This document shows, one piece after another, positions 26,471-40,763 of a stretch of DNA of 64,000 bases. This DNA comes from Octopus vulgaris. Taxonomy: Eukaryota. The stretch's first letter is position 1. The number at the start of each line of letters is the position of its first letter. The DNA lies in assembly GCA_951406725.2 (NCBI GenBank), contig OX597818.1, positions 17,236,001 to 17,300,000 on the forward strand, in the 5' to 3' direction. The notes under the pieces are model-generated. The model was given only the letters and a program-made list of their open reading frames with translations. It searched no databases and was not told the DNA's origin. The position numbers and the translations under genes are program-made.

Positions 26471-28994
26471 GTTGGACAAAATAATAGAAACATCTTAAAA
26501 TTTCAAACAAATTTATTTTAATATGGGGTAGGACCAGCTTGAATTCTACGAGGTGTGGACTCGTACAAAGTTTGAATTGCTTGCAAAGGAATTTTTGTCC
26601 ATTATTCAGCTAAAACAGTCTCCAGTTGTTGTAGTAATGACAGTGGAGGATATCGACTCCTTACTTGTTTCTTTTTTTTAAATGTACCATAAATGTTCAA
26701 TAATGTTGAGATCTGGGGATTGTTGTAGCCAGATAAAATGTTCAACTTCACTAGAAATTCCTCGTGCCATTCAGTAACAACTTTAACTGTGTGAATTGGT
26801 GCATTATCATCCTGAAATATTGTTTCCCTCCGGAAACAGTTCTGCAACCATAGGATGAATCTGATAAGATAAAATGCTTTAATAGTCTTGACTATTAATT
26901 CTGCCATGAAGGGAAACCATTGGGCCGGTGGATTTCCGAGATATAGCCCTCCCCCAGATCATCACACATCCTCCTCCATGTTTAACAGTTGGAAGAAGGC
27001 AGCCTGGGTCAAATGCTTCTTTTGGCTGTCTCCACACGTATACTCGGCCGGTGGTCGGAAATAAGGTAAAGGATGACTCATCCAAGAAAATAACATTCTT
27101 CCGCTGCTCTGGGGACCAATTCTATGGGTTTTTACTCCACTCTAAATACTTTGCAACGTTTGTTTTTGAAAGTAGTGGTTTTCTGATTACAGCCCTCCCG
27201 TGAGATCCGGCTTTGTGCAGCTTCCAGCGAACAGTTTTCGTGGAAACTGGGTTCTCGAGGTGGTCATTAAGCTCTGCAGTAATTTTGGGAGCTGTACTTC
27301 TGTGATCCTTTCTAACAATTCGCGTAAGAGTCCGACGGTCCCTATCTGAAAGTTTTGGTTTTTTCCGGAGTTTTGTTTCGACGAGGAAGTTTTTCCCTCT
27401 TTCTCAAAGGCTGTCATTACTTTCGAGACAGTACGAATGGCGTTCAATAAGTAATGCCCCTGACCCACTTGCAATTGTTTGATCTAGCTGAAATTTTGCA
27501 TGTGCACTTATTTATACCTCTATAGATTAAGTGGCAAATTACAGCTCTGAACTAATTGTGGTTTCTGATTTACAGGTGTTTGAACTGAGTCAAGTGTGAA
27601 ATGGAGCCTGTTGAGTGTCGAGCAGTGATCTGGTTTTTGTATTTGAAAGGACGCACACCACGGGAGACTTTTGATGAAATGAAAGTAACTTATGGTGATG
27701 ATGCCCCATCATATGACCTTGTAAAACGCTGGCATTGTGAATTCAAACATAGTCGGAACTCTGTGGAAACAGCTCCCAGATCTGGTCGCCCCCTTCTGCC
27801 GTTGATGAGACGTCTGTCCGTCAAGTTGAGGCTGCCATTTTGGAAGGTCAACGCATAACTATTCGCCAAATAGCCCATAAGGTCAAGATTAGTACCGGGT
27901 CTGTGGAAGCTATCATTCATGACCATTTGCATATGCAAAAGGTGTCTGCCAGATGGATTTCCAGGTTGCTCACACCTTTCCAGAAGCAAGAACGCGTTGA
28001 GTGCTCGAGGATGAATTTGGAGATGTGTCAAGAAGATGAGTCAAAATTTTTCAAAAGACTGATCACACAGGATAAAACCTGGGTCCATCACTATGATCCA
28101 TAGACCAAAGCCCAGTCAATGCAGTGAAAGCACCGTGACTCACCTCCTCCAAAGAAGGCAAGGGTGCAGCCCTCTGCTGACAAGGTTATGCTCACAGTCT
28201 TCTGGGACCAGGACGGAGTAGTGATGACAGATTTCCTGGCAAAGGGTACCACAATTACAGGAGCCTATTATGCTTCACTTTTGAGGAAATTAAGAGAAGC
28301 TATCAAAATCAAGAGGCGGGGCAAGATCAGCAAAGGCATCCTCCTCCTGCAGGACAACGCTCCGGTCCACAACTCGCGTGTCGCCAGATCAGAAGCACAG
28401 GCGTACAGCTATGAACTCCTCCCCTTGCACCCTCTGATTTTCACCTCTTCCCAGCCATGAAGTTGATTTTGAAAGGAAAGCGTTTCCCAGATGATGCAGC
28501 CTTGATTTCTCAAGTCACCTCGTAGTTGGAGGACCAAGCTGGGGTCTTCTACAAAAACGGTCTCCAGAGCTGTATCAAACGATGGGAGAAATGCATAACT
28601 CTGGGTAGTTCCTATGTAGGAAAAGACTAATAACTGTGCCAAGTGTCGTTGCTCTACTGCTATGGGAAGTGGATCAGGGGCATTACTTATTGAACGCCCC
28701 CTCGTACTTCTTGCTACACCAAGCATTTCGGCTGTTATCGTTACGCTAGCGCCTGCCATACGAGCACCAACAATTTGACTTCTCTGAAAGTCCGATAGAT
28801 TTGTCATTTTAATGAATTTTAATTGCCTTTTTCTGATGATATCTGAAAAGAAACAGCAGCTTTAGCAAATCAGATTATTCAACACTAATAATAAATCAAC
28901 AAACAAAAATAGACAAGCTTTTGATGGTTTTATAGATATTTCAAAATTATGATGTTATGATGCTAGGTGTTTCCATTATTTTGTCCAACCCCTG
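26468..28994 (-). mobile_element. Tc1-like (DD34E) transposon interrupted by a mariner
   Basis: TIRs gttggacaaaataatagaaacatc and ggtgtttccattattttgtccaacccctg+TA. Transposase reads MTNLSDFQRSQIVGARMAG..ARS|TVSKVM..IFLDESSF..TVKHGGGCVMIWG..FQDDNAPIH..SPDLNIIE. Confidence 0.9.
27434..28704 (+). mobile_element. Mariner (DD34D, probably irritans-type) nested in the Tc1
   Basis: TIRs cgaatggcgttcaataagtaatgcccctga and tcaggggcattacttattgaacgccccctcg, with TA at 27432-27433 and 28705-28706. Reads MEPVECRAVI..APRSGRP, ITQDKTWVHHYDP, KVMLTVFWD and LLQDNAPVH. It has stops, a frameshift and a deletion of the YSPD region. Confidence 0.93.
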
Positions 28995-28997
28995 TAT

Positions 28998-29087
<90 letters not shown>

Positions 29088-29089
29088 CG

Positions 29090-30280
29090 ATAGATAGATA
29101 AAACTTACTTGGAAGAGGATGTGTGGCGTTCAATCATATAATAATATAAATAATATATATATATATAAATATTATATATATTAAATATTATATATAAAAT
29201 AGTGGGAGAAGAGGAGGTAAAAGAATAAAAGAATATATGCATACGTATATGTACATACTTACATCTATACGTTTATATATATGTATATGTGTGCACGGGA
29301 CATCACGAAATGTGTACCACAAAAAGATACGAAGCACGAGCATATGGAATATGAACTATTTTTCGAACAACGAAAGGCACAAATGGAAAACAAAGCAAAT
29401 AACATAAAGATCGACGTTTAATCAGTTGTTGGTTGTTTTTCTACTCTTGTATTTCGAGCATTTAACAACAATATACGCTTTTAAGAAAACAGTTGTTCCC
29501 GCAAGCCAAATTAAATAGAATTAGGGATTTTGCGGAGGGTCAAAATTGGTAACACAATCAAGGTAGTGAAAACAAACAGAAAGGGCTGCTAAGCCTAAAC
29601 GAAGTTGTGGTGGTGAACGTGTAAATCAAGCTTGGACATGAGACAGACAAGACCACGTCTTCTTTGTTCCAGCTACAAAGGAGATAAAGAAAGAAACAAA
29701 GTTAGGAGAAGAAAGAAAGATGGCCGATGGTCACGTGAAAGCCACGTGAGTTTGGGAGGAGTAGTGAGAGAGAGAGAGTGAAAGAGTAATAGGATAAAAT
29801 AGTGGGAGAAGAGGAGGTAAAAGAATAAAAGAGAGAGAGAGAGAGAGAAACGAAAGAGTAAAAAGATTGTATAGAGTGTGCATCAGAATTATTACGATAA
29901 AACTTACTTCGAAGAGGATGCGTGGCGTTCATTCATATAATAATATATTAATTATCTATATATATGCATATATACATACGTATAAGTACATACTTACATC
30001 TATACGTATAAATATGTGGATATGTGGGCGCAGGACGTCATGAAACGTGTACAACAAAAAAATACTAAGTAGGAGTACATGGAATATGAACTATTTTTTC
30101 GAACAACGAGACACAAATAGAAAACAAGATAAACAACATAAAAAACGACCCTTCATCAGTTGTTGGCAGTTTTCGAGCATTTAACAACAATATACGCTTT
30201 CGATAAAACAGTTGCTCCCGCAAAGCAAATTAAACAAAATTTGGGATTTTGCGGAGGATCAAAATTCGTAACACAAACAG
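29090..30280. repeat. Diverged direct repeats (about 29090-29560 and 29895-30280), probably Penelope-like terminal repeats
   Basis: Shared blocks include gataaaacttactt.gaagaggatg.gtggcgttca, catggaatatgaactattttt.cgaacaacga and gttg.tcccgcaa..caaattaaa. Confidence 0.6.
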
Positions 30281-30284
30281 GACT

Positions 30285-31390
30285 CAGGCACACCTCACCC
30301 TACGTCGTTAACAGTTGGAAGAATTGGTTCCAGGAGACATGACTTAAGTCGAATTAACTTTCTCTGGACTTTGTATTTTTTCCAATACAATCTAGTTTCG
30401 TCTACGTTAAAATCTGTTTTCTTCGATGATTTTCTTTAATCCATTAGGAAATTCCCCTGCTGCTTGTTCGTCAGCTGATGCACTTTCACCTTGATTCTTA
30501 ATGGAGTGATAACTTCTTCGCTCCTTAAATTTCATGAACCATCCTTGACTTGCCTTGAATCTACATCTTTCTCATCTGGATATTTTTTCTTCGGGTCATC
30601 AAACAAAGACAACGCATTCTCTTGGGTGATTTCTTGACTAATAGTAGCACGCTGACGATTCAACCCAATAATCCAAAGAGAAAGAAAACTTTCCATTTCT
30701 TCAAAGATTTTGCCTCTTTTCTTATTGATGACAGTGTTCTTCATCCCTGCGGCTTCAAATTTGCTATGTGCTAAAATCTTGTCCTTATTATATACAATCG
30801 TCGATACAGTTGTCCAACTCATCTCAAAAGATCGTGCAATTGCTACTACTTTTTTAACTTTATCATAGCCAATTTATCTTCCAGTTTTATAGCATGACGC
30901 TTAGCACTTTCACTATGAATTTTCTTAGGAGCCATGGGAGCAAAAGATAAAGTCAGAAATGAATGAGAATGAGAAAGTAGCTGATAAACGGACGTAAGCA
31001 TATCTGAATTCAAAACAACCGCAGGAATCAGAAGTGGCTGGAACGCCTAACCATATATATTGGAACAACAGTGCAATATGATCTCTGAAAGACTGATAAA
31101 TAAGACAACACAGCTGATTTCATGATTTTGTTTACTAAGCTACACTACTTTATGGTGTGTATCTTAACATTTACCGTACGTATTTTAATATGATTTTACA
31201 TGCTTTTATTCTTATTTATTGTACAGTAACACGATTTTATGTGCTTTTAACGGTTTTCTAATGATTTTACAATTCCAATATTTGTGGCCGACAGACGTAA
31301 AGTCGAATAAAAGGACTTAACCTGATTTTTATTTTTTCCATATATTATTTTTGAATACCGACGAATAATCGAGAACGACTTAAGTCGATA
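30285..31390 (-). mobile_element. Tigger/pogo-like DNA transposon relic, internally deleted
   Basis: From the ATG at 30935: MAPKK.., VAIARSFEMSWTTVSTIVYNKDKI, EEMESFLSLWI..ISQEITQENA, FKASQGWFMKFK and NVDETRLYWKK (CENP-B-type HTH plus the start of the DDE domain). Boundaries are approximate. Confidence 0.75.
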
Positions 31391-31395
31391 TATGC

Positions 31396-31476
<81 letters not shown>

Positions 31477-31599
31477 TATATATATAAGTACATATGGAGA
31501 GATATGTAGATATGTATATTCTTCTCTTTTTGTTTTTAATTTAGTATAAATTTCCACCGGCCACCTGTTTGGTTGCAAGATTGTGAAGGAAACCATCCT

Positions 31600-32290
31600 T
31601 GTTCATCATCCTTTATATCTTGAGAAGTTCTTGTAGATTTTTATAGTCCCAGATATCGAGATCATTTGTATGGTATGGTATTAAGGATCTGTGTTCCCTC
31701 TCCAAGTACCTAAGTTCAACTAGACTTTGCTCTAGACGGGTTAGTATATATCTTGTTGCTCCAATAATAATAAGTATGGAACTGAAAGTGTAAATTGGGT
31801 ACTGGATTTGCAAAATCCTTATAAATGATTCATAGATGTCCTCTTTCTCTTGTATTTTTCTAACCATATTGGTGTCCAAAATGCAGCAGACTTCCATAAA
31901 AGAACATAACTTTTTCTTGTGGTCCCACACAACATCTGGCCAGTTGTGTTTTAACTTCTTGGCTGTTTCAATTTTTAACTTCCACCAATATTCTTTTGAC
32001 CCATGGGTCTCAATATAGTAACTTTGTCTGTAGTTTTGTTTTTTGATATCCTGTTCTGGCCGTTGCGTCGTACCTCATGGGAAGGCAATACCTGGAAGAC
32101 ATTCTCTCACGGTTGGCAATAATGTAGTCGACGTTTTCAGTCTTGGTTTTGCACAGCTTACATTTGTAGTGAGTCGACGTAACGTTTTCTGTTTTTTATG
32201 CTGTAGGTCCTTAGTGGATATATCTTGTTCTTGAATTGCATGGAAGAAGCCTTTGAAGTGGGAAGTCACAAACTTATTAGTCCTCAAAAA
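31600..32290 (-). mobile_element. R4/Dong-like non-LTR retrotransposon C-terminal relic (zinc knuckle plus restriction-like endonuclease)
   Basis: Fragments TSHFKGFFHAIQEQDISTK and PDVVWDHKKKLCSFMEVCC..DTNMVRKIQEKEDIY..LQIQYP.Y.F..IIIGA; frameshifted. Confidence 0.7.
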
Positions 32291-34094
32291 GACACATAGA
32301 ATAAATAACAGATTTCAAAAACATAAGTTCTAAGGTTGATTTGCTCTACTAAACACTTCAAGGCAGCGCCCCATCATGGCTGCCGTCCAATGACTGAAAC
32401 AAGTAAAAGATGAAAGAAATATTTAAGATAACACGAAAACAAGGTCACTGCATTACGGTAGAAAAACCACATTAAGATGTTTGAGATCTTATAGTGGTTG
32501 ACATAATGTAGAGACTTATACAACCGAATGTTTGACAGAATGTGGTAGTTGATGTAATATGATAACCGACACAATAATTTGGCTTATCCAATGTGAAGAG
32601 TAGCATAGTAAGATAGCCGACACAAACGGGAAACTTGACTGTAAGATGTCTTACAAGTATTTCTAAAATTTGTGAATTGACTAGCTACAGCAAAAACCAA
32701 CGAAATACTCACAAATATCAATTATCGATATCTGACAGACATCACTTTACAGACATCACACAAATTTCTTCTTTGACCGGCCTCAGTAAAAAGACATACA
32801 TGCGCCAGTTCTGTAGCAGAAAGTTCTGTATATATACAGCTATACATACAATTCTGAATGCATACAACTATACTGTCAAACCAACCAGATACGTTAATCA
32901 ATAAAGGAACCCATATATTAACAAGCATTTTCAATGGTTGATGTACAATTATATATTTGTTCAAAGAGAAATATATAAATGAAAGCCGCTAAGGAATCAA
33001 ACATTACGAAAAAGAACTTTCGATAAAAGGATTAAGAAAGCATAATGACAATCAATCGAAAACAGAACTTCAGAATGATTGCATTCTTAAAGGTTTGGAT
33101 AAACTCATTAGTCAAGCAATGAGAAATAAGGGGAACATCCTTTAATTACTGAAAATTCTAAGACCTGAAAGGAAATAAATTTTCTGATTACATCACAGCA
33201 TCAAAGTCTTTTAAGAAAATAAGCCATCAGCAGAAACGTTCCAGAAATATGTGCTTAAAATTAAAAGATGCATAGATCAGTTTTCTTCACAGGTTGTGAA
33301 AGATTAAAAAGCAGGGAGAAAAACATTAATGCTTTATAAAATTAAGATATTATCCAACTTTGGTGAAGAAAAAACTATTATAAAGAAAAAAATTCTATTT
33401 CGTCATTTCATCAATAGAAATTGGGGAAGTTCCAATATATTTAATGTCTGACAATGGAGGATAGAATTTGTCGGTTTGAGAACTGCTGCGTTAAGTCCTC
33501 GTCTGTAATATGACAGAATGTTGGGTTGTCAGTCGTAGCCTCTAGCATACAAATTGTATCTCCATGCGGTTGCAGGTGGACATATTCGGGTTGGTGTATA
33601 ATCGACTGACCTGTTGTGGCAGGTGCTTATTTTACTCGACTCCAGAGAGATGAAGATGATGATGATGAAGATGATGACGATGATGATGATGATGATGACG
33701 ATGATGATGATGATGATGATGATGATGACGACGACGACGATGATTGTGGCGCGGCGATGGAGAGGGCGTCTTCAGTGTTGATGGTGGTGGCAGCGTTGGT
33801 AGTGGTGGTGAGCTGGTAGAAACGTTAGCACACCGGACGAAATGGTTAGCGGTATTTCGTCTGCCGCTACGTTCTGAGTTCAAATTCCGCCGAGGTCGAC
33901 TTTGCCTTTCATCCTTTCGGGGTCGATTAAATAAGTACCAGTTACGCACTGGGGTCGTAATAATCGACTGAATCCGTTTGTCTGTCCTTGTTTGTCCTCT
34001 CTGTGTTTAGCCCCATGTGGGTAGTAAAGAAATAGGTAGTGGTGGTGATAATGATGATGATGAAGATGACAATGATGATGACGACGACGACAAA

Positions 34095-34126
<32 letters not shown>

Positions 34127-34197
34127 AGGAAAGAAAGAAGGAAAGAAAGAAATGAAACGAAAAGAAGAGAAAAGAAAAGAAAAGAAAGGACACTTAC

Positions 34198-34453
34198 AGT
34201 GGTCGAATACTGAATATCGGGGTACGCAGGCCGAAGTTTCTTCGTTCCAGACTCCGGCCGGTTGGCATGAAAGCTGAAGTGAGTGACCATTCGAACAGAC
34301 ATAGAAGGTAGAACAGTTACCGTCGGGGTCAGCTAGAAATGTGGTTTGGTTGGCGACAAACATACAAGGGTTTGCTGGGGCCCTGTCAGCTACACACAAC
34401 ATCAACACAGACGTTATGCTCCAATATGTTAAAACAGTAGCCACGGCTTTCAT
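34198..34453 (-). CDS. Chitin-binding protein, coding exon 1 (signal peptide plus ChtBD2 domain)
   Basis: ATG at 34453; hydrophobic leader MKAVATVLTYWSITSVLMLCVA, then NPC..FLADPDGNCSTFYVCSNGHSLQLSCQPAGVWNEETSACVP; T|gtaagt donor. The three exons join in frame to 744 nt (247 aa), and each junction forms a Cys codon. Confidence 0.9.
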
Positions 34454-34960
34454 TATAACGGATTTAATAAACGTAATAATTGTTGTTGGTGCTGTCGATA
34501 TTGTTGTTCTTGGTAGTGTTCTAGTTTTAGTTGTTGTTGCTGTTGTAGCTATTGTTGTTGCTGTAGTTGATGTTGTTGCTGTTCGAGTTATAGTTGATGG
34601 TGGTGGTGGTTGTGGTGGGAATGGTGTTCTTGCTATAGTTATTTTTTTTATATTTTAGTGGTCTAGTAAATTTTGGCAACTGCTGTTATTTGAGGTGGTC
34701 AGTATTGGAGCGATTACTGTCCGTGGTGATCAGAATGATCCTTGCAGCTGTTACCGTTGTTTGCAACGCTCAATGTTAGTATTGGTTAATGTTATCGTTA
34801 TTCGAAGTGGTCAGTTCTGTGATTACCGTCCGAGATGGCCGGAGTGGTTCTTGGTGGTAGTGGTGGTGGTGGTAGTAGTAGTGGTGGTAGTGGTGGTGAT
34901 AGTAGTAGTAGTGGTGGTGGTGGTGGTGGTGGTGGTGGCGGCTGCGGCGGCGGCGGTAGC

Positions 34961-34999
<39 letters not shown>

Positions 35000-35175
35000 T
35001 CAGACACTATAACATCCAGAAAACTAGTTGACGTATCGCCCTTCCAAACTCCTGCAACGTTTCAGGTATTCTGGACTGTTAGTCCTAATTCCGTTGCCCC
35101 CGACTCACCTCGCCTCCCCAAAGCGCCGTCCCTAACTTCTCCCCTCTCCTTGTGGTATATGTGTATGCATATGCA

Positions 35176-35312
<137 letters not shown>

Positions 35313-36740
35313 GTCACTGAGCATATATGTGTATGTGTATGTGTGTGTGTATGTGTATGTGTTTGCATGTGTATGTATGTGTATGCGCATATGTTTAAAG
35401 CTGTGCATACGTGTGCGTATCTTAATGTACATACATGTATGCGTATATACGTACATGAGCTCGTGTATGCGTGCGCGTAAGTGCATGTGTATTTGCGTGT
35501 ATGTGCTCATATGTGTGCTTACGTATATGGGTATGTATATATGTATGTGTATGTGTATATTGCATGTATGTGTGTATGTGCTCATACATGTGTACATGTG
35601 CATATGTGTGTGTGCGTGTGCGTGTGTGTGTGTGTATAAACCAACAGTCCTAAATCCCCATCTCTCTCTAGTGCGAACACCTGACCACAAGAGAGAAAGA
35701 AAGAAAGAAAGAAAGAAAGAAAAGGAAAGAAAGAAAGAAAAAAAGGAAAAAAAGAAAGAAAGAAGGGAAGACCATCGTATTTCAGTCAAAAAATTCACAA
35801 GAGTCAATGTGTTTAGCTGCACTACAGACCCCTTACGTTTCTCGGACCCTACCCACCAATACCGAAACCTTTCTACACAAATAAACGCTCACAATGGCAC
35901 ACACACACGCACACGTATACACCACCACCACAACCACCACCACTACACCTTGCATCAACATCATCATAGTCGTCGTCATTCAGCTACACCTACCCGTGCC
36001 ACGAGTCTATTTTCACATATCTCGAATACGTCAGACATATTTGACCACTGGTGATTGCACTCCGACTCCATCGTCCCCCGGCTAAACACACAACTACACA
36101 CACACACACATACACACACACACACACACACACATGCACACACATGCACACACGTCCCTACATACGAACTTATTCACAGCTATCCAACTACACACATTTC
36201 TTGACAAACATATCAATATGCTTACACAGCGACTCACCAATACATTAACATATCAGGTTCCTCTACCCGTGGGATTACCACGTAAGCCCCTTTACCTCTC
36301 AGACATCCTAGTCTTTATCCGTCACACATTCCTAACATCTTGGGAATCTTTTCTTCAAATTCCTACAGCTCTTACACCAAGGATATTTTCCTGTTACTGC
36401 AACTCCATTCTCCTGAAATCTATCACTTTAACCCTTTCTCTCTGTCCCACAGAACCAAACAAACTCTCTCTCTCTCTCTCTCTCACACACACAATGTGTA
36501 TATAAGAGAAAGTGGAAGAAGAGAATTACACGTATAGTTACAGCAGGGTCCTTTGAGAATTATGTGGGCAGACCAAACGCAGAGTACAGTGAACTGTAGA
36601 CAAACACATATACATACATGCTAGTATATACATATATAAATACACAGACTTACATACATATCATATACGTATATACCTGTGTATACATAAGTATGTATAT
36701 ATATATACTTTATTTAAAGCAGCAGAAAATTCAACAAGAC

Positions 36741-36778
36741 CTGTTACTCTGAGTTTCCTGTTGCCGTTCATCGGACAG
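36741..36778 (-). ncRNA. Hammerhead-like motif (U4C core, damaged stem II)
   Basis: CUGU-CCGAUGA-ACGGCAACAG-GAAA-CUCAGAG-UA-ACAG, lying between TA tracts. Confidence 0.5.
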
Positions 36779-36845
36779 TTTTACTCTACCACTGGTATTT
36801 GAGTACTCTTTTTTCCACCTTGTTTCACATTTATGTGTTTACTCC

Positions 36846-36890
<45 letters not shown>

Positions 36891-37043
36891 TGTTTTAATT
36901 CAAAATTGAGACAAACACCAATTTTTCTATGTGATTGGGGCTTGAATAATTGTTGAGATATTTCTTAACATGAAACCAAAGGTAGACTTAATACACAAAT
37001 GAATATCTATTCACCAATGCGACGCTGAGCACTCATTTTCATT

Positions 37044-38069
<1,026 letters not shown>

Positions 38070-39963
38070 CGTGCGCACGGGTAGATATATGATAGTAAAG
38101 ACGAACGACATTTAAACTTTACTACTGCTGTTTCAGTAGCGTTTTATTTGATGTATTCACAAAAGTGCTTTTCATAATATACAATGCGCCATAATTAGGC
38201 AACATTTAAAACGAAAGCATTTTCTTACGACTACATTAAATACAATTCTGCCGAAAAAGCTGCCATAAATTTTCAATGCTATTCGTGTTTACTCTTTCAT
38301 ACCAACGTCACACCAAGGTACCTCTGATACGTCGTGTCGTTGGCTGCAAATTGGATTTGGTACCTACATATCTACAGTATCTTTCCGGCACTTATGTCTA
38401 CATCGTCGTTTTATTTCACTGCGAGTTCTATGTGTTTGTACCATGCCATTTTCTGGCGTCTTACATGTTAATGTGCCTTGATTCTTAAGAAATCCTTATG
38501 ACTAACCTATATGTGTATGTGTATGTAAGTATATATATATATATATATGTTTGTGTTTGTGTGCGTGTGTGTGTGTGTGCGTATTCACATACATACATGC
38601 ATACATGTATACAAGCATACATACATATATATACATACGTATGTATATACAAACATACTATGAACCCAAGGATTACATGTTCAGAGGAACATGCTTATGT
38701 CAGAATATAGAACTAAGAGTATTAGGATTGTGTGTAAATATATTTTGTTTTACACATACATACATGCATACATACATACATACATACATACATACATACA
38801 TACATACATTATGTGTATGTGTGTATGTATGTATGCATGTATGTATGTATGTATTATGTATGTATACTATATAAGCAAGCTATTTTTTGTCAACAAAGCT
38901 ACTGCAAAGAGACATTTGCGTCTCTAACATTCTAAGAATGTCGTTTGATTAGTAAAAGTGGTGAGAGACGTGAGGTTGATGGTTGATGTAAGTGACCCTC
39001 CGTTCCCCCACTCTATTATCATCTGGCTCAGTCATTCTGTAGTTTGAAGAGTGACGAGTGACAGTTGTTAAAGTTTGTCATCTTAAAAAAAAAGAAGATA
39101 AACATCTACATTTAGATGAGAAAAAATGTGAAAGACAGGATAAGAATTGTTGATGTTGTATTTAGCTTGAACGAGAAACATGTTGATCGTCTGCTTCTTT
39201 GAAATGTTCGGTGGAAGTGTCGCTTTGGCCCATATTGTTATCATATAGAGAGAGAAGGAAAATGAACGGAAGGAAAGGAAATGAGAGGGAGGAAGGCAGA
39301 AAGGAAGGGAGAGAGGGGAGAGCGAAAAGGAAAATGAGAGAGGAGGAGAAGGATGGAGAGGAAGAAAGGTGGAGAGAGTGGGTGGGAGAGAGGTGACAGA
39401 AAAGAAGAAAGAAGGAGAGGGAGAAGAGAGAGAGAGAGAGGGAACATAAAGTAGTACGAGAAATAGAGTGAGAGGGACAGAGGGGAAAGATAGAAAGGGA
39501 GAGGGAAAGGATATGAACATGAATGTATTTACTTCTTTTTCGTTCTTTGAAAGGAGAAACAACAGAAATTGTTTTATAGAAATTTCACAACAAAGCAAAA
39601 ATGGAGATACAGAAGGTTTAACTGATTTAAGAAAAACCTTAACACGGCCAAGAAAACTGAACTGGAAGGAAATCGATAAAGAAAAATTACAACACTAGCT
39701 AAAGAAGAAGTACGACGTTAAAAGTTAAAACCGGATGCTTTTTGGCTGTGACGATGATCAAAGACCTTACAACCAGAAACTAGCGAAAGCATGTAATGAA
39801 CTAACTACATAATATGTGATGTTTAGGAAGACACACTAACCACATTGTCACTTTAGCTGCCTGGACATTGGGGACATTACAAAAGAGAAATGAACAGAAA
39901 AAAAAAACATAGGAAAGAAAAAGTGGGTATGCGGTTACGTTGAGCAAAAAGGTGAGTTCAATA

Positions 39964-40430
39964 CAATGATCCCTCGTTTATCGCGGTAGATTGGTTCCGA
40001 GACCGGCCGCGGTAACTGAGTTTTCGCGTAACAGTAATATAGACTAGGTTGTCATAAATACAGCAAAAATAAAAACAAGAAAAGGATCTCCTAAAAAGGA
40101 AAAGAGCAACTGTATAGTGGGAATGAGGCACAACACAACTCCGGATTACTCTGGAAAGTGACTTCTTCCAGTTTTTACGGCACGCCTCAGTCATATAGTT
40201 AGTGTAGAACCAGTTAACCGTGCCAGTTTCGCCACTCTCACTCTCCTTTGATCATACTTACTGGGGTAAAAGCTTCATCTTTACCTTCACTTAAAGAAAT
40301 CATTATGGGCTTCATCTGAAAGGTAAAACTATATTCAAAATTTTCGAGTCTGTTCACGATGTAACATCATTTACCATTGCCACCAGGCAGCACAAGACTA
40401 CTTGCTTTTCTTTGTCAAAGAAAGGCAGCG
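39964..40430. mobile_element. Possible Tigger-like terminus and relic
   Basis: TA followed by caatgatccctcgtttatcgcggtagattggttcc resembles a Tigger/pogo terminus. No matching second terminus was found. Confidence 0.4.
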
Positions 40431-40571
40431 ATTCAACATTCAAGGTAGACACGGCTTACAGCTGAATCCACGCCCCATTTTAAGTAGTTGTTATGCCTAG
40501 CGTATATACATCCATCCATACATCCATCCATCCATCCATACATACATACATCCATACATACATACATACAT

Positions 40572-40602
<31 letters not shown>

Positions 40603-40626
40603 TACATACATACATACATACATACA

Positions 40627-40662
<36 letters not shown>

Positions 40663-40700
40663 TCTGTAAAATAATATGTGACACAATTATTCAATAGCCA

Positions 40701-40763
40701 AGATAAAACTCTGAGTTTCGGATGCCGAGGTGGAAATCCACAACACCATCTCTTCGGTTATCT
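40701..40763 (-). ncRNA. Minimal type-I hammerhead-like motif (U4C core)
   Basis: AGAUAA-CCGAAGA-GAUG..CAUCC-GAAA-CUCAGAG-UU-UUAUCU, with a perfect 6-bp stem I. Confidence 0.55.

Noticed and set aside
32950-33480. A-rich segment with a partly open plus-strand frame (QKYVLKIKRCIDQFSSQVVKD..)
   Set aside because: It has multiple stops and no recognisable motif; probably an old TE fragment, left unassigned.
33616-33949. Poly-Asp and poly-His ORFs suggestive of acidic biomineral or His-rich beak proteins
   Set aside because: They are a (GAT)n microsatellite joined to a SINE inside an intron, with no signal peptide or splice sites.
38115-38205. Further hammerhead-like half motifs (GAAACAGCAGUA here; UUGAAGA-GUAG..CUAC near 22288; CUGAUGAAGGG near 30150)
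   Set aside because: One core strand or stem I is missing or too decayed to call.
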